A stretch of DNA of 64,000 nucleotides from an uncultured delta proteobacterium (GTDB taxonomy: Bacteria; Desulfobacterota; Zymogenia; Zymogenales; Zymogenaceae), in assembly GCA_963735595.1 (NCBI GenBank), contig CAVTLK010000005.1, forward strand, positions 103,760 through 167,759, written 5' to 3'. Shown piece after piece: positions 49,774 through 63,200 of this stretch (positions are counted from its first letter, which is position 1; each line of letters opens with the position of its first letter). The notes beneath the pieces were generated by a model. That model did no database searches, was not told the origin of the DNA, and saw only the letters and a list, made by a program, of their open reading frames with translations. The translations under genes and the position numbers were made by a program.

Positions 49774-50151
49774 CTATCCCTCGAAGATCACCACGGCAAA
49801 GGCAATGTCCCTCGAATGGGTCAGGGAGAGGTGAATCGTCCGTGCCCCCAGTTCCTCAAATAACCTGAGCGCCCCCCCGTGGAGCTTGATCGAGGGCTTC
49901 CCCCGGGCGCCCTTGACCACTTCGATCTCGTTCATCGCCGCCCCCTGGAATAGCCCCCGGCCGAGCGCCTTGAGGGTAGCCTCCTTGGCGGCGAACCGGG
50001 CCGCATACGAGGAGGCCGCGTTCTTCTTCCTTTTGCAGTAGGCGTTTTCCCACTCGGTGAAGATACGCCGCTCGAAACCGTGACCCTGACGCTTGAGCGC
50101 CAACGCCATCCGGTCGATCTCGAGGGCGTCGGTGCCGACTGAAAGGATCAT
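49774..50151 (-). CDS. acpS: holo-[acyl-carrier-protein] synthase
   Basis: 125-aa 4'-phosphopantetheinyl transferase ([21 protein letters not shown]). Confidence 0.85.
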   Translation of the reverse strand: MILSVGTDALEIDRMALALKRQGHGFERRIFTEWENAYCKRKKNAASSYAARFAAKEATLKALGRGLFQGAAMNEIEVVKGARGKPSIKLHGGALRLFEELGARTIHLSLTHSRDIAFAVVIFEG

Positions 50152-51497
50152 ACGAGCTCCTTTTCGATCGTCTCGGCGATCCCGGCCGCAAGGCCGGTAA
50201 TCAGCGCCTGGTCCTCACCCTCGATCATCACCCTGACCTTGTTTTCCGTGCCGGAATAGCGTACGAGGACGCGACCCTTGTCGCCGAGGCGCCGCTCGGC
50301 GTCGCCTATCGCCGAGGCGATCTTCGGTATTTCCGAGAGGACGACACGGCGGCCGACCCGGACGTTCTTGAGCACCTGGGGGAAATCGGTGACGATGCCG
50401 GCAAGGTCCGACAGCCTCCTGCCTTTGCGCGCCATCGCCGCAAGGAGCATGAGGGCCGAGAGGATTCCGTCGCCGGTGGTGTTGTAGTCCAGGAAGATGA
50501 TGTGGCCCGATTGCTCCCCGCCAAGGTTGTAACCGCCCTTAACCATCTTCTCCACGACGTAGCGGTCGCCCACCTGCGTGCGGATGAGCCGCCCGCCCAT
50601 TTGCTTCATGAACAACTCGAGCCCCATGTTGCTCATGACCGTAGCGACGAGCACGCCGTCTTTGAGCTCACGGTTTTCCATCATCTGGGCTGCGCACACC
50701 GCCATGATCTTGTCCCCGTTGAACTCGGTCCCGTTTTCATCGACCACGATGATACGGTCAGCGTCCCCGTCCAGCGCGATCCCGATATCGGCCTTTGCCT
50801 CCTTGACGAGCGTGCTGACGACCTGGGGGTAGAGCGAGCCGCAGCCGGCGTTGATATTCTCCCCGTTGGGCTCGTGCCCGCAGGTGACTACCTCGGCGCC
50901 GAGCTCCTCGAAGACCGCGGGCGCCACCCGGTAGGCCGCGCCGTGGGCGCAGTCCACCGCTATCTTCATTCCCGAGAGGTCGAGGTCCTTCGGAAAGGCG
51001 CTCTTGAGAAATACGATATAACGCCCGACGGCATCTTCGACCCTGAATGCCTTGCCGACCTCGGAGGCAATGGGACGCAGCCGGGCCAGCTCGTCGGACG
51101 AGATGAGCTTTTCGATCTCGAGCTCTTTCTCGTCCGGGAGTTTGAAGCCGTCGCCGGAGAATATCTTGATCCCGTTGTCCTGAAAGGGATTGTGGGATGC
51201 GGAGATCACGACGCCGGCGTCGGCCCTCATACTTGCCGTGATAAACGCGATGCCCGGTGTCGGCAGCGGGCCGACGAGAAGCACGTCGACGCCCATCGAG
51301 CAGATCCCGGATGCCAGCGCCGTTTCGAGCATATAACCGGAAAGCCGCGTATCCTTACCGATGACGATCCGGTGGCGCTTGGCGCCCCCCTTGAAGATGT
51401 AGGCGGTGGCCCTGCCAACCTTCATGGCGGTCTCGGTGGTCATCGGCTCCTCGTTGGCCACGCCGCGGATTCCATCGGTTCCGAAGAGTTTCTTCAT
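50148..51497 (-). CDS. glmM: phosphoglucosamine mutase
   Basis: [10 protein letters not shown]-terminus and the active-site ISASHNP motif, 449 aa. Confidence 0.9.
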   Translation of the reverse strand: MKKLFGTDGIRGVANEEPMTTETAMKVGRATAYIFKGGAKRHRIVIGKDTRLSGYMLETALASGICSMGVDVLLVGPLPTPGIAFITASMRADAGVVISASHNPFQDNGIKIFSGDGFKLPDEKELEIEKLISSDELARLRPIASEVGKAFRVEDAVGRYIVFLKSAFPKDLDLSGMKIAVDCAHGAAYRVAPAVFEELGAEVVTCGHEPNGENINAGCGSLYPQVVSTLVKEAKADIGIALDGDADRIIVVDENGTEFNGDKIMAVCAAQMMENRELKDGVLVATVMSNMGLELFMKQMGGRLIRTQVGDRYVVEKMVKGGYNLGGEQSGHIIFLDYNTTGDGILSALMLLAAMARKGRRLSDLAGIVTDFPQVLKNVRVGRRVVLSEIPKIASAIGDAERRLGDKGRVLVRYSGTENKVRVMIEGEDQALITGLAAGIAETIEKELV

Positions 51498-51578
51498 GAT
51501 CCTTGTGTCCTTTCGAGCAGAGCCCGGTACGACGATCGCCCGTACCCCTCCCGATCGCGGGTTATCGCCGGGGAGGCG

Positions 51579-52502
51579 CTACGTCCTTGCCCGCTTGATC
51601 GCGTCCACAACGGCAAGCGCGTCCCTGGTCTCGGCGACATCATGGACGCGGACGATGTGGGCGCCCTGGAGGACCGCGGCCGACGCGGCCCCGACGCTCG
51701 CCCAGAGGCGGTCGTTAACGGGTTTGCCGGTGAGCGAACCGATGAACGACTTCCGAGACGCGCCGACCAGCACCGGACGCCCGAGTTCGAAGAAATCCCG
51801 GATATGCCCGATGAGCGTGAGGTTATCCTCGGCGGTCTTGCCGAAACCAATGCCGGGGTCTATGATGATCCGCTCGGGGTCAATCCCCGCGGCCACCGCG
51901 CGCTCGATCGTCCGCCCGAGGGCGCCCCGGACCTCACCTATCAGGTCCGTGTAGTGCGGATCTTTCTGCATGTCCCGCGGCGTCCCCTTGATATGCATGA
52001 GGATGACCGGCACCGAAAGGGCCGCGGCCAGCGGCGCCATGTCGGGGTCAAAGGCGAGCGCGCTGATGTCGTTAATCATCGCGGCGCCGGCCTCGACCGC
52101 CCGCCGCGCCACCCCGGCCTTGTAGGTATCGATGCTCAGGGGCGTGTCGATCCGCCTATGAATCTCTTCGATAACGCCGACGACCCGGCGCGTCTCCTCC
52201 TGTTCCGAGACGGGATCCGCTCCCGGGCGCGACGATTCCCCGCCGATATCGATGATATCGGCGCCGTCCCCGGCCATCGCCAGCGCCCGGGCGACTGCCT
52301 GATCCGTCGTGCAATACCTTCCGCCGTCGGAAAAGGAGTCCGGCGTGACGTTGAGTATCCCCATGATGAGGGTCCGCCGGGAAAGATCGAAAGACCCGCC
52401 GCCCATCGTGAGGACGAACCGGCCAGCCTCGCCACGAGCCCGGTTTTCGTCAAGACGCCGGTCGCTGTCGGGCCGGCTATCGTCGGTGGTGGATCGGGTC
52501 AT
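51579..52502 (-). CDS. folP: dihydropteroate synthase
   Basis: GILNVTPDSFSDGG, DIGGESSRPG and pterin-binding barrel motifs. Confidence 0.9.
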   Translation of the reverse strand: MTRSTTDDSRPDSDRRLDENRARGEAGRFVLTMGGGSFDLSRRTLIMGILNVTPDSFSDGGRYCTTDQAVARALAMAGDGADIIDIGGESSRPGADPVSEQEETRRVVGVIEEIHRRIDTPLSIDTYKAGVARRAVEAGAAMINDISALAFDPDMAPLAAALSVPVILMHIKGTPRDMQKDPHYTDLIGEVRGALGRTIERAVAAGIDPERIIIDPGIGFGKTAEDNLTLIGHIRDFFELGRPVLVGASRKSFIGSLTGKPVNDRLWASVGAASAAVLQGAHIVRVHDVAETRDALAVVDAIKRART

Positions 52503-52578
52503 GTCGCATCACGTCCTGCCGGAAAATTCCCGGGGAAGCCCGGGAAAGCCCGTTTCTTAAAGATACCATCGGGCCGGG

Positions 52579-54420
<1,842 letters not shown>

Positions 54421-54573
54421 CCCGATCCTTTGTATCGCAACAGGCCCTGTAAAAAGGCCCCGATACGGCGCGAATAAAATAATCTTGTAATGTTACCATC
54501 TTTCATATATATTGTCAATTATCGTTTTGCTCCGGCTGGTCAGCTTTATTCATAACGCGGGAGGCGATACACT

Positions 54574-55389
54574 ATGTTTTCCGCTCAACGGCTCGGTTTC
54601 GTCGGTTCGGGGAATATGGCAGAGGCCCTGATGCGGGGGGTCGTGGAAAAAGGCCTCTGGCCGAAGGAGCAGGTTATCGCCTCCGACGCCTCTCTCGAGC
54701 GGCTTTCGGCAATCGGCCGAAAGCTCGGCATTAAAACGGCCGCTGATAACCGCGAGGTTGTCACGTCCTCGGACATGGTCATCATCGCGGTCAAACCCGC
54801 CCAGGTGCCCGAGGTTCTTTCGGAAGTCGCCGACGTCGTAACTGCCGATACGCTCGTCGTCTCGATTGCCGCGGGCGTCACGCTTGCGACGATCCAATCC
54901 CGGCTCAAGAAAAACATCCCGGTTATCCGGGTGATGCCCAATGCCCCGGCAATGGCGCTTGCCGGTATGTCGTGCCTTTCGGCGGGCAGCAGCGCCGGTC
55001 CCGACCACCTCGCCGAGGCGATGAAGCTCTTCTCGGGAGTGGGCGAGGCGCTGGTCGTCCCCGAGGCGCATCTGGACGCCGTTACGGCGCTCTCGGGCAG
55101 CGGCCCGGCCTACGTTTTTCTGGTGATCGAGGCGCTGTCGGACGCGGGCGTCCGGGCGGGGCTGCCGCGAAAGACCGCCGAAAAGCTATCCGCCCAGACG
55201 GTGCTCGGCGCCGCGAAGATGGTCATCGAGACCGGCAAACACCCGGGTGAGCTGAAAGATATGGTGGCCTCTCCCGCGGGAACGACCATCGAGGGGCTGG
55301 CCGTGCTGGAGGAAAACGGTGTGCGGGGGGCGTTTATCGAGGCGGTAGACGCGGCCTACCGGAGGGCCAGGGAGCTGGGAGGGAAATAA
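54574..55389 (+). CDS. proC: pyrroline-5-carboxylate reductase
   Basis: Rossmann GFVGSGNMAEAL and ProC C-terminal dimerisation motifs (AVTALSGSGPAYVF, SPAGTTIEGL). Confidence 0.85.
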   Translation: MFSAQRLGFVGSGNMAEALMRGVVEKGLWPKEQVIASDASLERLSAIGRKLGIKTAADNREVVTSSDMVIIAVKPAQVPEVLSEVADVVTADTLVVSIAAGVTLATIQSRLKKNIPVIRVMPNAPAMALAGMSCLSAGSSAGPDHLAEAMKLFSGVGEALVVPEAHLDAVTALSGSGPAYVFLVIEALSDAGVRAGLPRKTAEKLSAQTVLGAAKMVIETGKHPGELKDMVASPAGTTIEGLAVLEENGVRGAFIEAVDAAYRRARELGGK

Positions 55390-55581
55390 GTAGGCGATAG
55401 GCGTTATCGGACGCTATCGGCATAAGGTAACCGCTTCCGGATGCCCGAGTAACGAGACGATACCGTGGGACGACGGGATTAGTGTACACCGCCGAGTCAT
55501 CCTTTGTTCGGGCGGTTTCTATTACCTCCCGTTTGAATATGTTCTTATAACCTTTTTCATTCCATTAGTCGGAGCAGTGTC

Positions 55582-56844
55582 ATGCCAGAAAAAACGATCA
55601 AGGTCTACGGTTATCGCTGGGTGGTGCTCGGGCTCTTTTTCGTCATCAACCTTATCATGCAGGCAAACTGGATTACGTTTGCCCCCATCACCGGCGATGC
55701 AGCGGCGTTTTACGGGGTCTCGGAGCTTTCCATTGCCGTTCTCTCGATGATCTTCATGATCGTCTACCTTGCCGTGTCCATCCCCGCCTCATACGTCATC
55801 GATACCTACGGTATCCGCATCGGTATCGGTATCGGGGCGGCGCTCACCGGTATCTTCGGCCTGATGAGGGGCTTTTCCGGCGGCAGCTACGCGATGGTCT
55901 TTGCCGCTCAGTTTGGGCTTGCGATCGCCCAGCCCTTCATACTCAATGCCGTTACGGCGGTCTCGGCCCGGTGGTTTCCGCTCAAGGAGCGGGCGACGGC
56001 CGCCGGGATCTCGGTGCTGGCCCAGTTTATCGGGATTATCCTGGCCATGGCGCTTACCCCCATGCTCTTTCTGGGTATGGGGATGGCCAAGATGCTGATG
56101 GGCTACGGTATCGTCTCGGCCGCCGGGGCCGTGCTTTTCCTCGTCTTCATGCGGGAAAAACCGCCGACGCTCCCGGGGCTTGCCGGCAGCGACGAGCGGC
56201 ATACGGTCTTCGAGGGGCTCAAGCATATCTTTAAGCAGCGCGACATGATTATCCTCATCGTCATCTTCTTCATCGGACTGGGGATGTTCAATGCCGTGAC
56301 TACCTGGATCGAGCAGATCCTTGCCCCCCGGGGCTTTTCCATAGAGCAGGCGGGCTACGCCGGGGCTATCATGCTGTTCGGGGGTATCGCGGGGGCGGTC
56401 GTCTTTCCGATCCTCTCGGACGTCTTTCAGAAGCGCAAGTTCTTCATAGTCCTTACGGTGATCCTGACTATCCCGGGGCTTGTGGGCCTCACGTTTGCCA
56501 CCTCGTTCGTTCTGTTGATGCTATCGAGCTTTGCGCTGGGCTTCTTCTTTATGGCAGGCGGACCCATCGGCTACCAGTACAGCGCCGAGCTGACGCACCC
56601 CGCGCCGGAAGCCACCTCCCAGGGGCTGCTGGTGCTGGCGGGCCAGGTTTCGGGGATCATTTTCATCTTCGGGATGGACGCGCTTCGGACCGAGAACCGC
56701 GCCATGACGCCGTTCATGCTGGTCTTCGTTGGGATGCTTATTATCAACGTGATCCTCTCCGTCATGCTCAACGAATCCAAGATGATGAAGGTCCACGAAA
56801 AGGAGGAAGCCCTGATTCACGGCAAGACCGCGAAGAAGAAGTGA
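55582..56844 (+). CDS. MFS transporter
   Basis: Twelve predicted TM segments and a 420-aa MFS-like topology. No substrate-specific signature recognised. Confidence 0.75.
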   Translation: MPEKTIKVYGYRWVVLGLFFVINLIMQANWITFAPITGDAAAFYGVSELSIAVLSMIFMIVYLAVSIPASYVIDTYGIRIGIGIGAALTGIFGLMRGFSGGSYAMVFAAQFGLAIAQPFILNAVTAVSARWFPLKERATAAGISVLAQFIGIILAMALTPMLFLGMGMAKMLMGYGIVSAAGAVLFLVFMREKPPTLPGLAGSDERHTVFEGLKHIFKQRDMIILIVIFFIGLGMFNAVTTWIEQILAPRGFSIEQAGYAGAIMLFGGIAGAVVFPILSDVFQKRKFFIVLTVILTIPGLVGLTFATSFVLLMLSSFALGFFFMAGGPIGYQYSAELTHPAPEATSQGLLVLAGQVSGIIFIFGMDALRTENRAMTPFMLVFVGMLIINVILSVMLNESKMMKVHEKEEALIHGKTAKKK

Positions 56845-56890
56845 GGGCCTTTCTCGTGTCCCGGACGACCGGGGTGAGTATGAAACCAAT

Positions 56891-56963
56891 GCGCCCGTAG
56901 CTCAGGGGATAGAGCAACGGACTTCGGATCCGTTGGCCGCACGTTCGAATCGTGCCGGGCGCG
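56891..56963 (+). tRNA. tRNA-Arg (anticodon TCG)
   Basis: Manual cloverleaf. Acceptor stem GCGCCCG/CGGGCGC, D-arm GCTC-AGGGGATA-GAGC, anticodon stem ACGGA/TCCGT with loop CTTCGGA (anticodon TCG), variable loop TGGCC, T-arm GCACG-TTCGAAT-CGTGC, and discriminator G. The 3' CCA is not encoded. Confidence 0.85.
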
Positions 56964-56976
56964 CTCTTGCTCCAGA

Positions 56977-57017
56977 AATAAAAAACGGGGGAAGTAGTTT
57001 CCCCCGTTTATTATTTT
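56977..57017. terminator. bidirectional rho-independent terminator
   Basis: Perfect hairpin AACGGGGGA/TCCCCCGTT (56985-57008) flanked by an A-run upstream and a T-run downstream. It can terminate the tRNA/MFS transcript (+) and the convergent oxidoreductase gene (-). Confidence 0.6.
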
Positions 57018-57032
57018 ACGGCCCTATTACGT

Positions 57033-58616
57033 CTATCTGGGATTAAAGAGGGAGTTGCCGCCGTTAAACGCCCGGTCCAGGATCAGGTCAACCACCTGGA
57101 TGCCGTTGGTCATCGCGCCGTAGATGCTGTGGGAGAACTTGGGCTGGTACAGACCGCCGATGGGGGTTTTCATCGGCAGGCGCTTGGGTCCGAACTGCGT
57201 CACGAGGGCGGCCATGTCGTAGTTGCTTCCGGTTGGCGAACCCGACCAGCGGGCATAGGTGGCCGGGGTCGAAATATCCTTAACGACGATATGTTTCCTG
57301 AGGCCGGGCACGAAGTATTTTTCGGCTATCCCGATGAAGAAATCCGCCCAACGTTCTTTTTCCGCCCGGTATCGGGCGGGGTCTTTTGCACGCCAGTGAG
57401 GCCACGTGCCTATCGCAAAGGGGACACCGCGAACGATGATGGTGTTCTTGCCCCGGGTGGTCAGCGACGGGCAGATGACGGCCGCATGGAAACAGTCCTC
57501 GGAAAAGGCGTTTTCCCCGGCCAGGAACGCGTTAAAAAGCTTCTCCGAAGTCCCCCTGCCCGTGGAGACGAGATTATAGGGATAGTCAAGGTCCAACTTC
57601 GAGAGGTCGATTCCACTATCAAGGCCGAGACTCACATTGAAGGAGGAGGGGGACATAACGGTCTTCTCGAGCCTTTGGACGTAGCTCTTCGGCAGGTTTT
57701 CATCCCCCACGAGGCGCCGCATCGCCACGTTCGGGTCTATGGTGGTGACGACCCGGTCCGCCCGGATTATCCGGTCATCCCCCTCGATCCGGATGCCTTT
57801 TACGGTTCCGTTTTCGACGACGATCTGTTCGACCGAGGTGCCGAGCTTGATCTCACCGCCGAGTTGTTGGAAGAGGGCCGCGAGCTTAGCCGGAAACTCG
57901 TCGTAGTACCCGTACGGGCGAAACGACCGCGTCATGGAGGACAGCATCGCCCCGACGGCAAGGATCGACGAGGCTCGATCGGACGGAACGCCGGAAAACG
58001 CCCCGAAGGTCTCGAGCACCTCCCGGAGGCGCGGGTCCCTGATCCCCATCTTATCCAGCAAACCGGCGTAGGTCAGGTTCAGGCAGGCTACCACCTTGGG
58101 CGCCCGGAAGGGGGTGAGCAGGGTGTCCAGCGGTGTACGGATCGCCTTGAGGAGCCTCACCTGAGCGAACAGTTCCACGGCGTACGCTATGAACCGCTCG
58201 ATGTTCTTGGCCTCGTCGGGGAAGATCCCGGAGAGGTAAGCGACGAAGTTGTCGGTGCCGGTGGGGATTTTGTAGCTGTCGATCTTGTCGCCATGGACGA
58301 CAAGCCGCCGCATCAGGGCCCCCTCGTGGGCCTTGAGCTTGAGATCGATCTTGAGGTATTCAAGGATCGGGGTGACGTCCGGGAAAATCTGGGTCGTCTC
58401 GAAGACGTAGCCGTTGCGTTCGTAGGCGGTGACGTATCCCCCCGGATACCCGTTTTTCTCAACCAGGAGGGTCTTTTTCCCCCTGGTGTTCTTAAGCCAC
58501 ATCACGCCGGTTGCAAGGCCGCTGATCCCTGCCCCGACAATGATCAGGTCATATGCATCGGAGCCGGAATAATTGGAAGTAATCTTGTCTTTTTCGAGAA
58601 TGATCTTATTGGCCAT
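57033..58616 (-). CDS. FAD-dependent oxidoreductase, phytoene desaturase (CrtI)/amine-oxidase-like family
   Basis: N-terminal dinucleotide-binding motif DLIIVGAGISGLATG, followed by EKNGYPGG and a large amine-oxidase-type fold, 527 aa. Confidence 0.75.
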   Translation of the reverse strand: MANKIILEKDKITSNYSGSDAYDLIIVGAGISGLATGVMWLKNTRGKKTLLVEKNGYPGGYVTAYERNGYVFETTQIFPDVTPILEYLKIDLKLKAHEGALMRRLVVHGDKIDSYKIPTGTDNFVAYLSGIFPDEAKNIERFIAYAVELFAQVRLLKAIRTPLDTLLTPFRAPKVVACLNLTYAGLLDKMGIRDPRLREVLETFGAFSGVPSDRASSILAVGAMLSSMTRSFRPYGYYDEFPAKLAALFQQLGGEIKLGTSVEQIVVENGTVKGIRIEGDDRIIRADRVVTTIDPNVAMRRLVGDENLPKSYVQRLEKTVMSPSSFNVSLGLDSGIDLSKLDLDYPYNLVSTGRGTSEKLFNAFLAGENAFSEDCFHAAVICPSLTTRGKNTIIVRGVPFAIGTWPHWRAKDPARYRAEKERWADFFIGIAEKYFVPGLRKHIVVKDISTPATYARWSGSPTGSNYDMAALVTQFGPKRLPMKTPIGGLYQPKFSHSIYGAMTNGIQVVDLILDRAFNGGNSLFNPR

Positions 58617-59035
58617 GATTCCCTCATTGAATGGGTGGATGGATAACGGAGCGAAGGCTCACTCTATCAGCAACCGATACAGGGTCGTCCGGTTCAATGG
58701 TTTCGGAAGGGCTCTTTATGCTTGCCCCGGTTATGGTCAATTCATCGCTTCGATTGCGGATTCTACCCCGGTCTTCGGCAGAAATCAAGCATGGATACCA
58801 TGATCATTCTCCAAACAGCCCGGCCAGCAGGGCCCCGGCGCTATTTTCGTATCGGTTTTCTCACAGAAACAGGGCGGGAATCGGCGTAGTCGGGTATTAC
58901 TAAATTACGTCAGCGTGTCCGATGTGAGTGGAGAAGTTCAGCGACTAACGGGCACTACCAGGCATGAGTTAACCGGCCTCGAATCCGTCGGCCGGAGGAT
59001 TCGAAACCTCCGGGGCGTGCGTAACGAAATGCCAG

Positions 59036-59066
59036 AAAAAAAGGAGCCGGTATACGTACCGACTCC
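59036..59066 (-). terminator. rho-independent terminator of the 59096-59503 gene
   Basis: On the minus strand, hairpin GGAGTCGGTA-CGTA-TACCGGCTCC (one mismatch) followed by T7. Confidence 0.5.
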
Positions 59067-59095
59067 TTTCCTGACTCAAGACCACCAACGGCCGA

Positions 59096-59503
59096 TTATT
59101 GGAGACCCACCGTGCCGTCATCCTTTTGCACGAACGCGCGACCCCCGACGAAGACAATTCGATACCCGAGGTTCTCGGCAAACGGTCCGAACGTCGCCAC
59201 GATGTCGTTCTTGAGAGCGGCGTTTTCCTCCTCCGAGGCCTCGAGCCGCGTTTCGAGGACCCGGTTGACCATCTTCATCTGTTCGAGATACTCGGCCTGG
59301 GTCTTGATGAGATCTCCCTGCTTCTCTATGATGACGCGCGTGACCGTTATACCCCCGTATGCCCCATTCACGAGCTCGTAGTTGTTGCAGGTAAAGAAAT
59401 AGAGCTCCGCGAAAAAAACCAGGGTTACCAAAGAAAGCACTGCCCAAACACCCCATTCGGGCAGGCGGACCTTCAGAAAGTTTTGAACCACGTTCTTTTT
59501 CAT
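59096..59503 (-). CDS. small membrane-anchored hypothetical protein
   Basis: Probable start MKKNVV at 59503. One TM helix (WAVLSLVTLVFFAELYFF), then a coiled-coil-like region. No recognisable family. Confidence 0.45.
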   Translation of the reverse strand: MKKNVVQNFLKVRLPEWGVWAVLSLVTLVFFAELYFFTCNNYELVNGAYGGITVTRVIIEKQGDLIKTQAEYLEQMKMVNRVLETRLEASEEENAALKNDIVATFGPFAENLGYRIVFVGGRAFVQKDDGTVGLQ

Positions 59504-60077
59504 GATGACCTCCCTGTCTCTGCCACTTACCCCACTCACAAACAACGAGACCATAAAAAGGGATCACCGGCGGGTAAGCCTTTTGTTCTGGTAAATAGCG
59601 GTACCCCTTACTTATGGTCATTGACTATCGGTATGCGGGCGGATCGGGCAATTCCAAGTTCCGGCTATAACCCGTTTTCGCCCGCATTGTCGTCTGATCT
59701 CATCACTTGGCGGATCGTATCTCCCTTTATCGGGGAGATTCTGTGGAGACTAAGGGGAATATTTTTAACCAATTATACACCAGAATTCCCATAGTGAAGA
59801 TAAAAAGCCTATTTTTATTACTTAAATTTGCCTTTTTTAATCTTTTTTCCCTTCGTGAGTGCCTAAACTCCCCAGAATGTATGCTGAATGCCTGTTTGTG
59901 TCCATTTGTGATAGTTTTCCACTACAGCCCCGGCAAGGGGCATTGCGGCGAAACGTAGAGGAACCCGGACTCCCGCGCATAGCTGGGATGCAGCCTCACG
60001 GGAGATCGGTTGTCCCACTACACGGAGACTCGCGCGCGAAGCCGTTTTGGCCGCAGGTATCGGGGAAAACACCGCGC

Positions 60078-60107
60078 TTGACTATAGGGACTACCACGTG
60101 CTAAAAT
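60078..60107 (+). promoter_or_regulatory. sigma70-type promoter (TTGACT-18-TAAAAT) upstream of the hybrid sensor kinase
   Basis: TTGACT at 60078-60083, an 18-nt spacer, and TAAAAT at 60102-60107, about 95 nt upstream of the ORF. Confidence 0.35.
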
Positions 60108-60202
60108 TACCACATATATTTTAGATACTTGGGAGGCACGTAGCGAGAAGATCGAATCTGTGACTGCACTCCTTCACGAGAATTTCCTAACCCCCTGCCT
60201 CT

Positions 60203-63200
60203 ATGGAAGAGGGTACGGTTATGCGCACCGAGAATAAGCGAATCCTCTCCCGTTTGATGATCGTCTTTATGACGGCGATTCCGGCCTTTCTGCTCTGCGG
60301 CGTCCCGCCGGATAAAGCTCAGGGAACCCAACTCCGAGATACGAATCTCATTAGCATTCTCCCAATTGACCGAAGCGCGCCGGACGCGTATCTTTTACGT
60401 CTCGACTCGGGTACCGGGAATGCCGAAACAGCGGGAGAAGATGGTTGGGGCGATGCCGCGGAGGGCCGGGGCGACGATTCTTCCGTCCGTACGGTGCGCG
60501 TCGGTTTATACCAGAACCCTCCCAAGGTTTTTATAGACGAGAATGGTAACCCCTCAGGTATCTTCATTGATCTTCTTGACAAGATTGCCAGGCAGGAGAA
60601 GTGGAACCTGGAATACGTTCCGTGCGAATGGTCCGAGTGTCTTGAATTGCTCGAAGAGCACCGGATAGATCTGATGCCCGACGTTGCCTATTCACGGGAG
60701 CGAGACGAAACATATGATTTCAATAAAACGCCGGTCGTAGACAGCTGGTCCCAGGTGTATGCCAACTCATCGATTCGAGTATCAACACTGTCGGACCTGA
60801 ACGGACGGCGGGTCGCCGTGCTTAGAGGCGGGATTCAAGAGAGACTCTTCGAAGAGATGATGAACGGGTTCGGCTTCGAGGTGACAACCATCCAGGCCGA
60901 GACATACGAGGAAGCGTTCAGACTGGCCAGTCACGGCTACGTTGACGCGGCGGTCTCCAACCATCTTATTGGAGATTATCTATTCCGAAGCTATGGACTG
61001 ACCAAGACCCCTATCGTTTTTAACCCGACGTCACTATACTTCGCGACCGCCCAGGGGCGTAACCATGGGCTGCTTGACGCGATCGACCGCCATTTGGGCA
61101 CCTGGCGAAGCGAACCCGATTCCTTCTATTATAAGACACTGGCCCGCTGGATGGAAAAGCCACCCGAGCAGGTTGTGCCGCGCTACCTGATCTGGGTTAT
61201 CGTCATCACCGGGGGATGCCTCCTTCTGTCGTTCGGGATTATCCAGCTTCTTCGCGCTCAGGTCAGGGTGAAGACGAGGTACCTCGTTACGGCGAACGAA
61301 TCGCTTCGCGAAAGCGAGGAAAAATACCGTTTGCTCGTGGAAAACCTCAACGATGTTATTTTCTGCCTCGATGCGAAGGGGAATATCATCTATTTGAGCC
61401 CCGTCGCCGAGCGCCTGTTCGTCTACCGACCCAAAGAAATCATCGGGAAACCCTTTTCCGAATTCGTTCATGCCGATGACCTTCCGGGCCTTATAAAGAG
61501 CCGCGAAGGAACGTTAGGCGGTACGCTGGAGCCGTACGAATACAGATTGGTAGACAAGAACGGCGAAATTCACTATGTCAGGACCTCGAGCCGCCCCGTT
61601 AAGAAAGACGGCCGGTCTGTCGGAATAACCGGCGTATTGACCGACATCACCCGGGAAAGACTTGCCGAGGAGGAGCTACGGGAAAGCGAAGTTAGCCTAT
61701 TAATGGCGCAGCGGATTGCCCACGTAGGGAGCTGGGACTGGGATTTGGAGACAGGCCGGCTCGTGTGGTCCACGGAGACCTATCATATCTTCAACCGTGA
61801 TCCCGGTGATTATACTCCGAGCGTCGAAGATGCCCTGACTTCCATTCACCCGGACGACCGAAAAGGCCTCGAAAAGATGGTCCGCGCTTGCATCGAGCAT
61901 AACAAACCATACGAATACGAATACCGCATTGTCAATCCGGACGGTTCGGTCAAACACATTCACGCACTCGGCGAGATGATCCATGATCAGAAAGGAAGGC
62001 CGGTGCGCATCCGGGGAACCGTCCAGGACGTCACGGAGCACAAGCGGGTGGAGAGCGCGCTCAGAGAAAGCGAGGAAAAGCATCGAACGATTCTCCAGAC
62101 CATCGAGGACGGTTATTTTGAGGTCGATCTCAAGGGGAGCTTCACGTCCTTCAACGAGTCTCTGAAAAATATGATTGGCTATGACCACGGAGAGTTGTTG
62201 GGGCTCAACTACCGACAGTATATGGCCAAAGAGGTCTCCGACAAGGTCTTCCTAATATTTAATAAAGTCTTCGAGACGGGTATCCCCGCCAAGGCGCTGG
62301 ACTGGAGGGTTACCAGAAAAGACGGGACGATGATAGATATAGAGACCTCGTTATCCCTCAAGCGGGACAACTCGGGCGCGCCAGTCGGCTTTTTCGGCAT
62401 CGCCCGTGACCTCACCGAGAAGAAGAAGATGGAGCTGCAGCTCCTGCAGACGGAAAAGCTCTCCGCCGTAGGGACGATGATCTCCGGTGTGGCCCACGAG
62501 CTCAACAACCCGCTTACCGCAATTATCGGCAATGCCCAGCTGCTTGCACGGCAGGGCGTGCCCGAGGATGTTAAAAGCAAGCTGGACGTTATCTTACAGG
62601 AATCGATACGATCCTCAAAAATCGTCGGCGGCCTGCTGGCGTTCGCCCGTGAGCATAAGCCTGAACGAAGCATGGTCAATCTCAATACTACTATCCTGGA
62701 GTCCGTAAAGCTCAAGGAATACGACCTGAAAGTAAACAATATCGACATGAAGCTCTCTCTTGCCGATAACCTCCCCGAAACATCCGCCGATCCGTACCAG
62801 ATACAGCAGGTCTTCATCAACCTTATCAATAACGCCCGGGACGCCCTGGTTACCAACCAGGGCGGAGGCGCGCTGTCCATCCGAACATATGATGCGGACA
62901 GCAATATCATAATAGAGTTCGAGGATACCGGACCGGGTATTCCCGATGAGATCATCAATAGGATCTTCGAGCCATTCTTTACCACAAAGGAAACGGGAAA
63001 GGGGACGGGCCTTGGTCTCAGCATGGCCTATGGTATTATCAGGGAACACGGCGGGACTATTTCGGCGGAGAGCAAACCGGGGAAGGGGGCGAGGTTTACT
63101 GTTTCGATACCGATCGCGTCGGTAGAAGAGGCAGCGGTGGCGGAAAAGGAGTATCCGCTTGGTGAGCAAAGACCTCGGGGTACCACGTCGATTCTTGTCG

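Noticed and set aside
58985-59020. tRNA-like T-arm hairpin (ggagg-attcgaaa-cctcc)
   Set aside because: No matching acceptor stem, D-arm or anticodon arm is present on either strand. It is likely an isolated hairpin in the long leader of the oxidoreductase gene.
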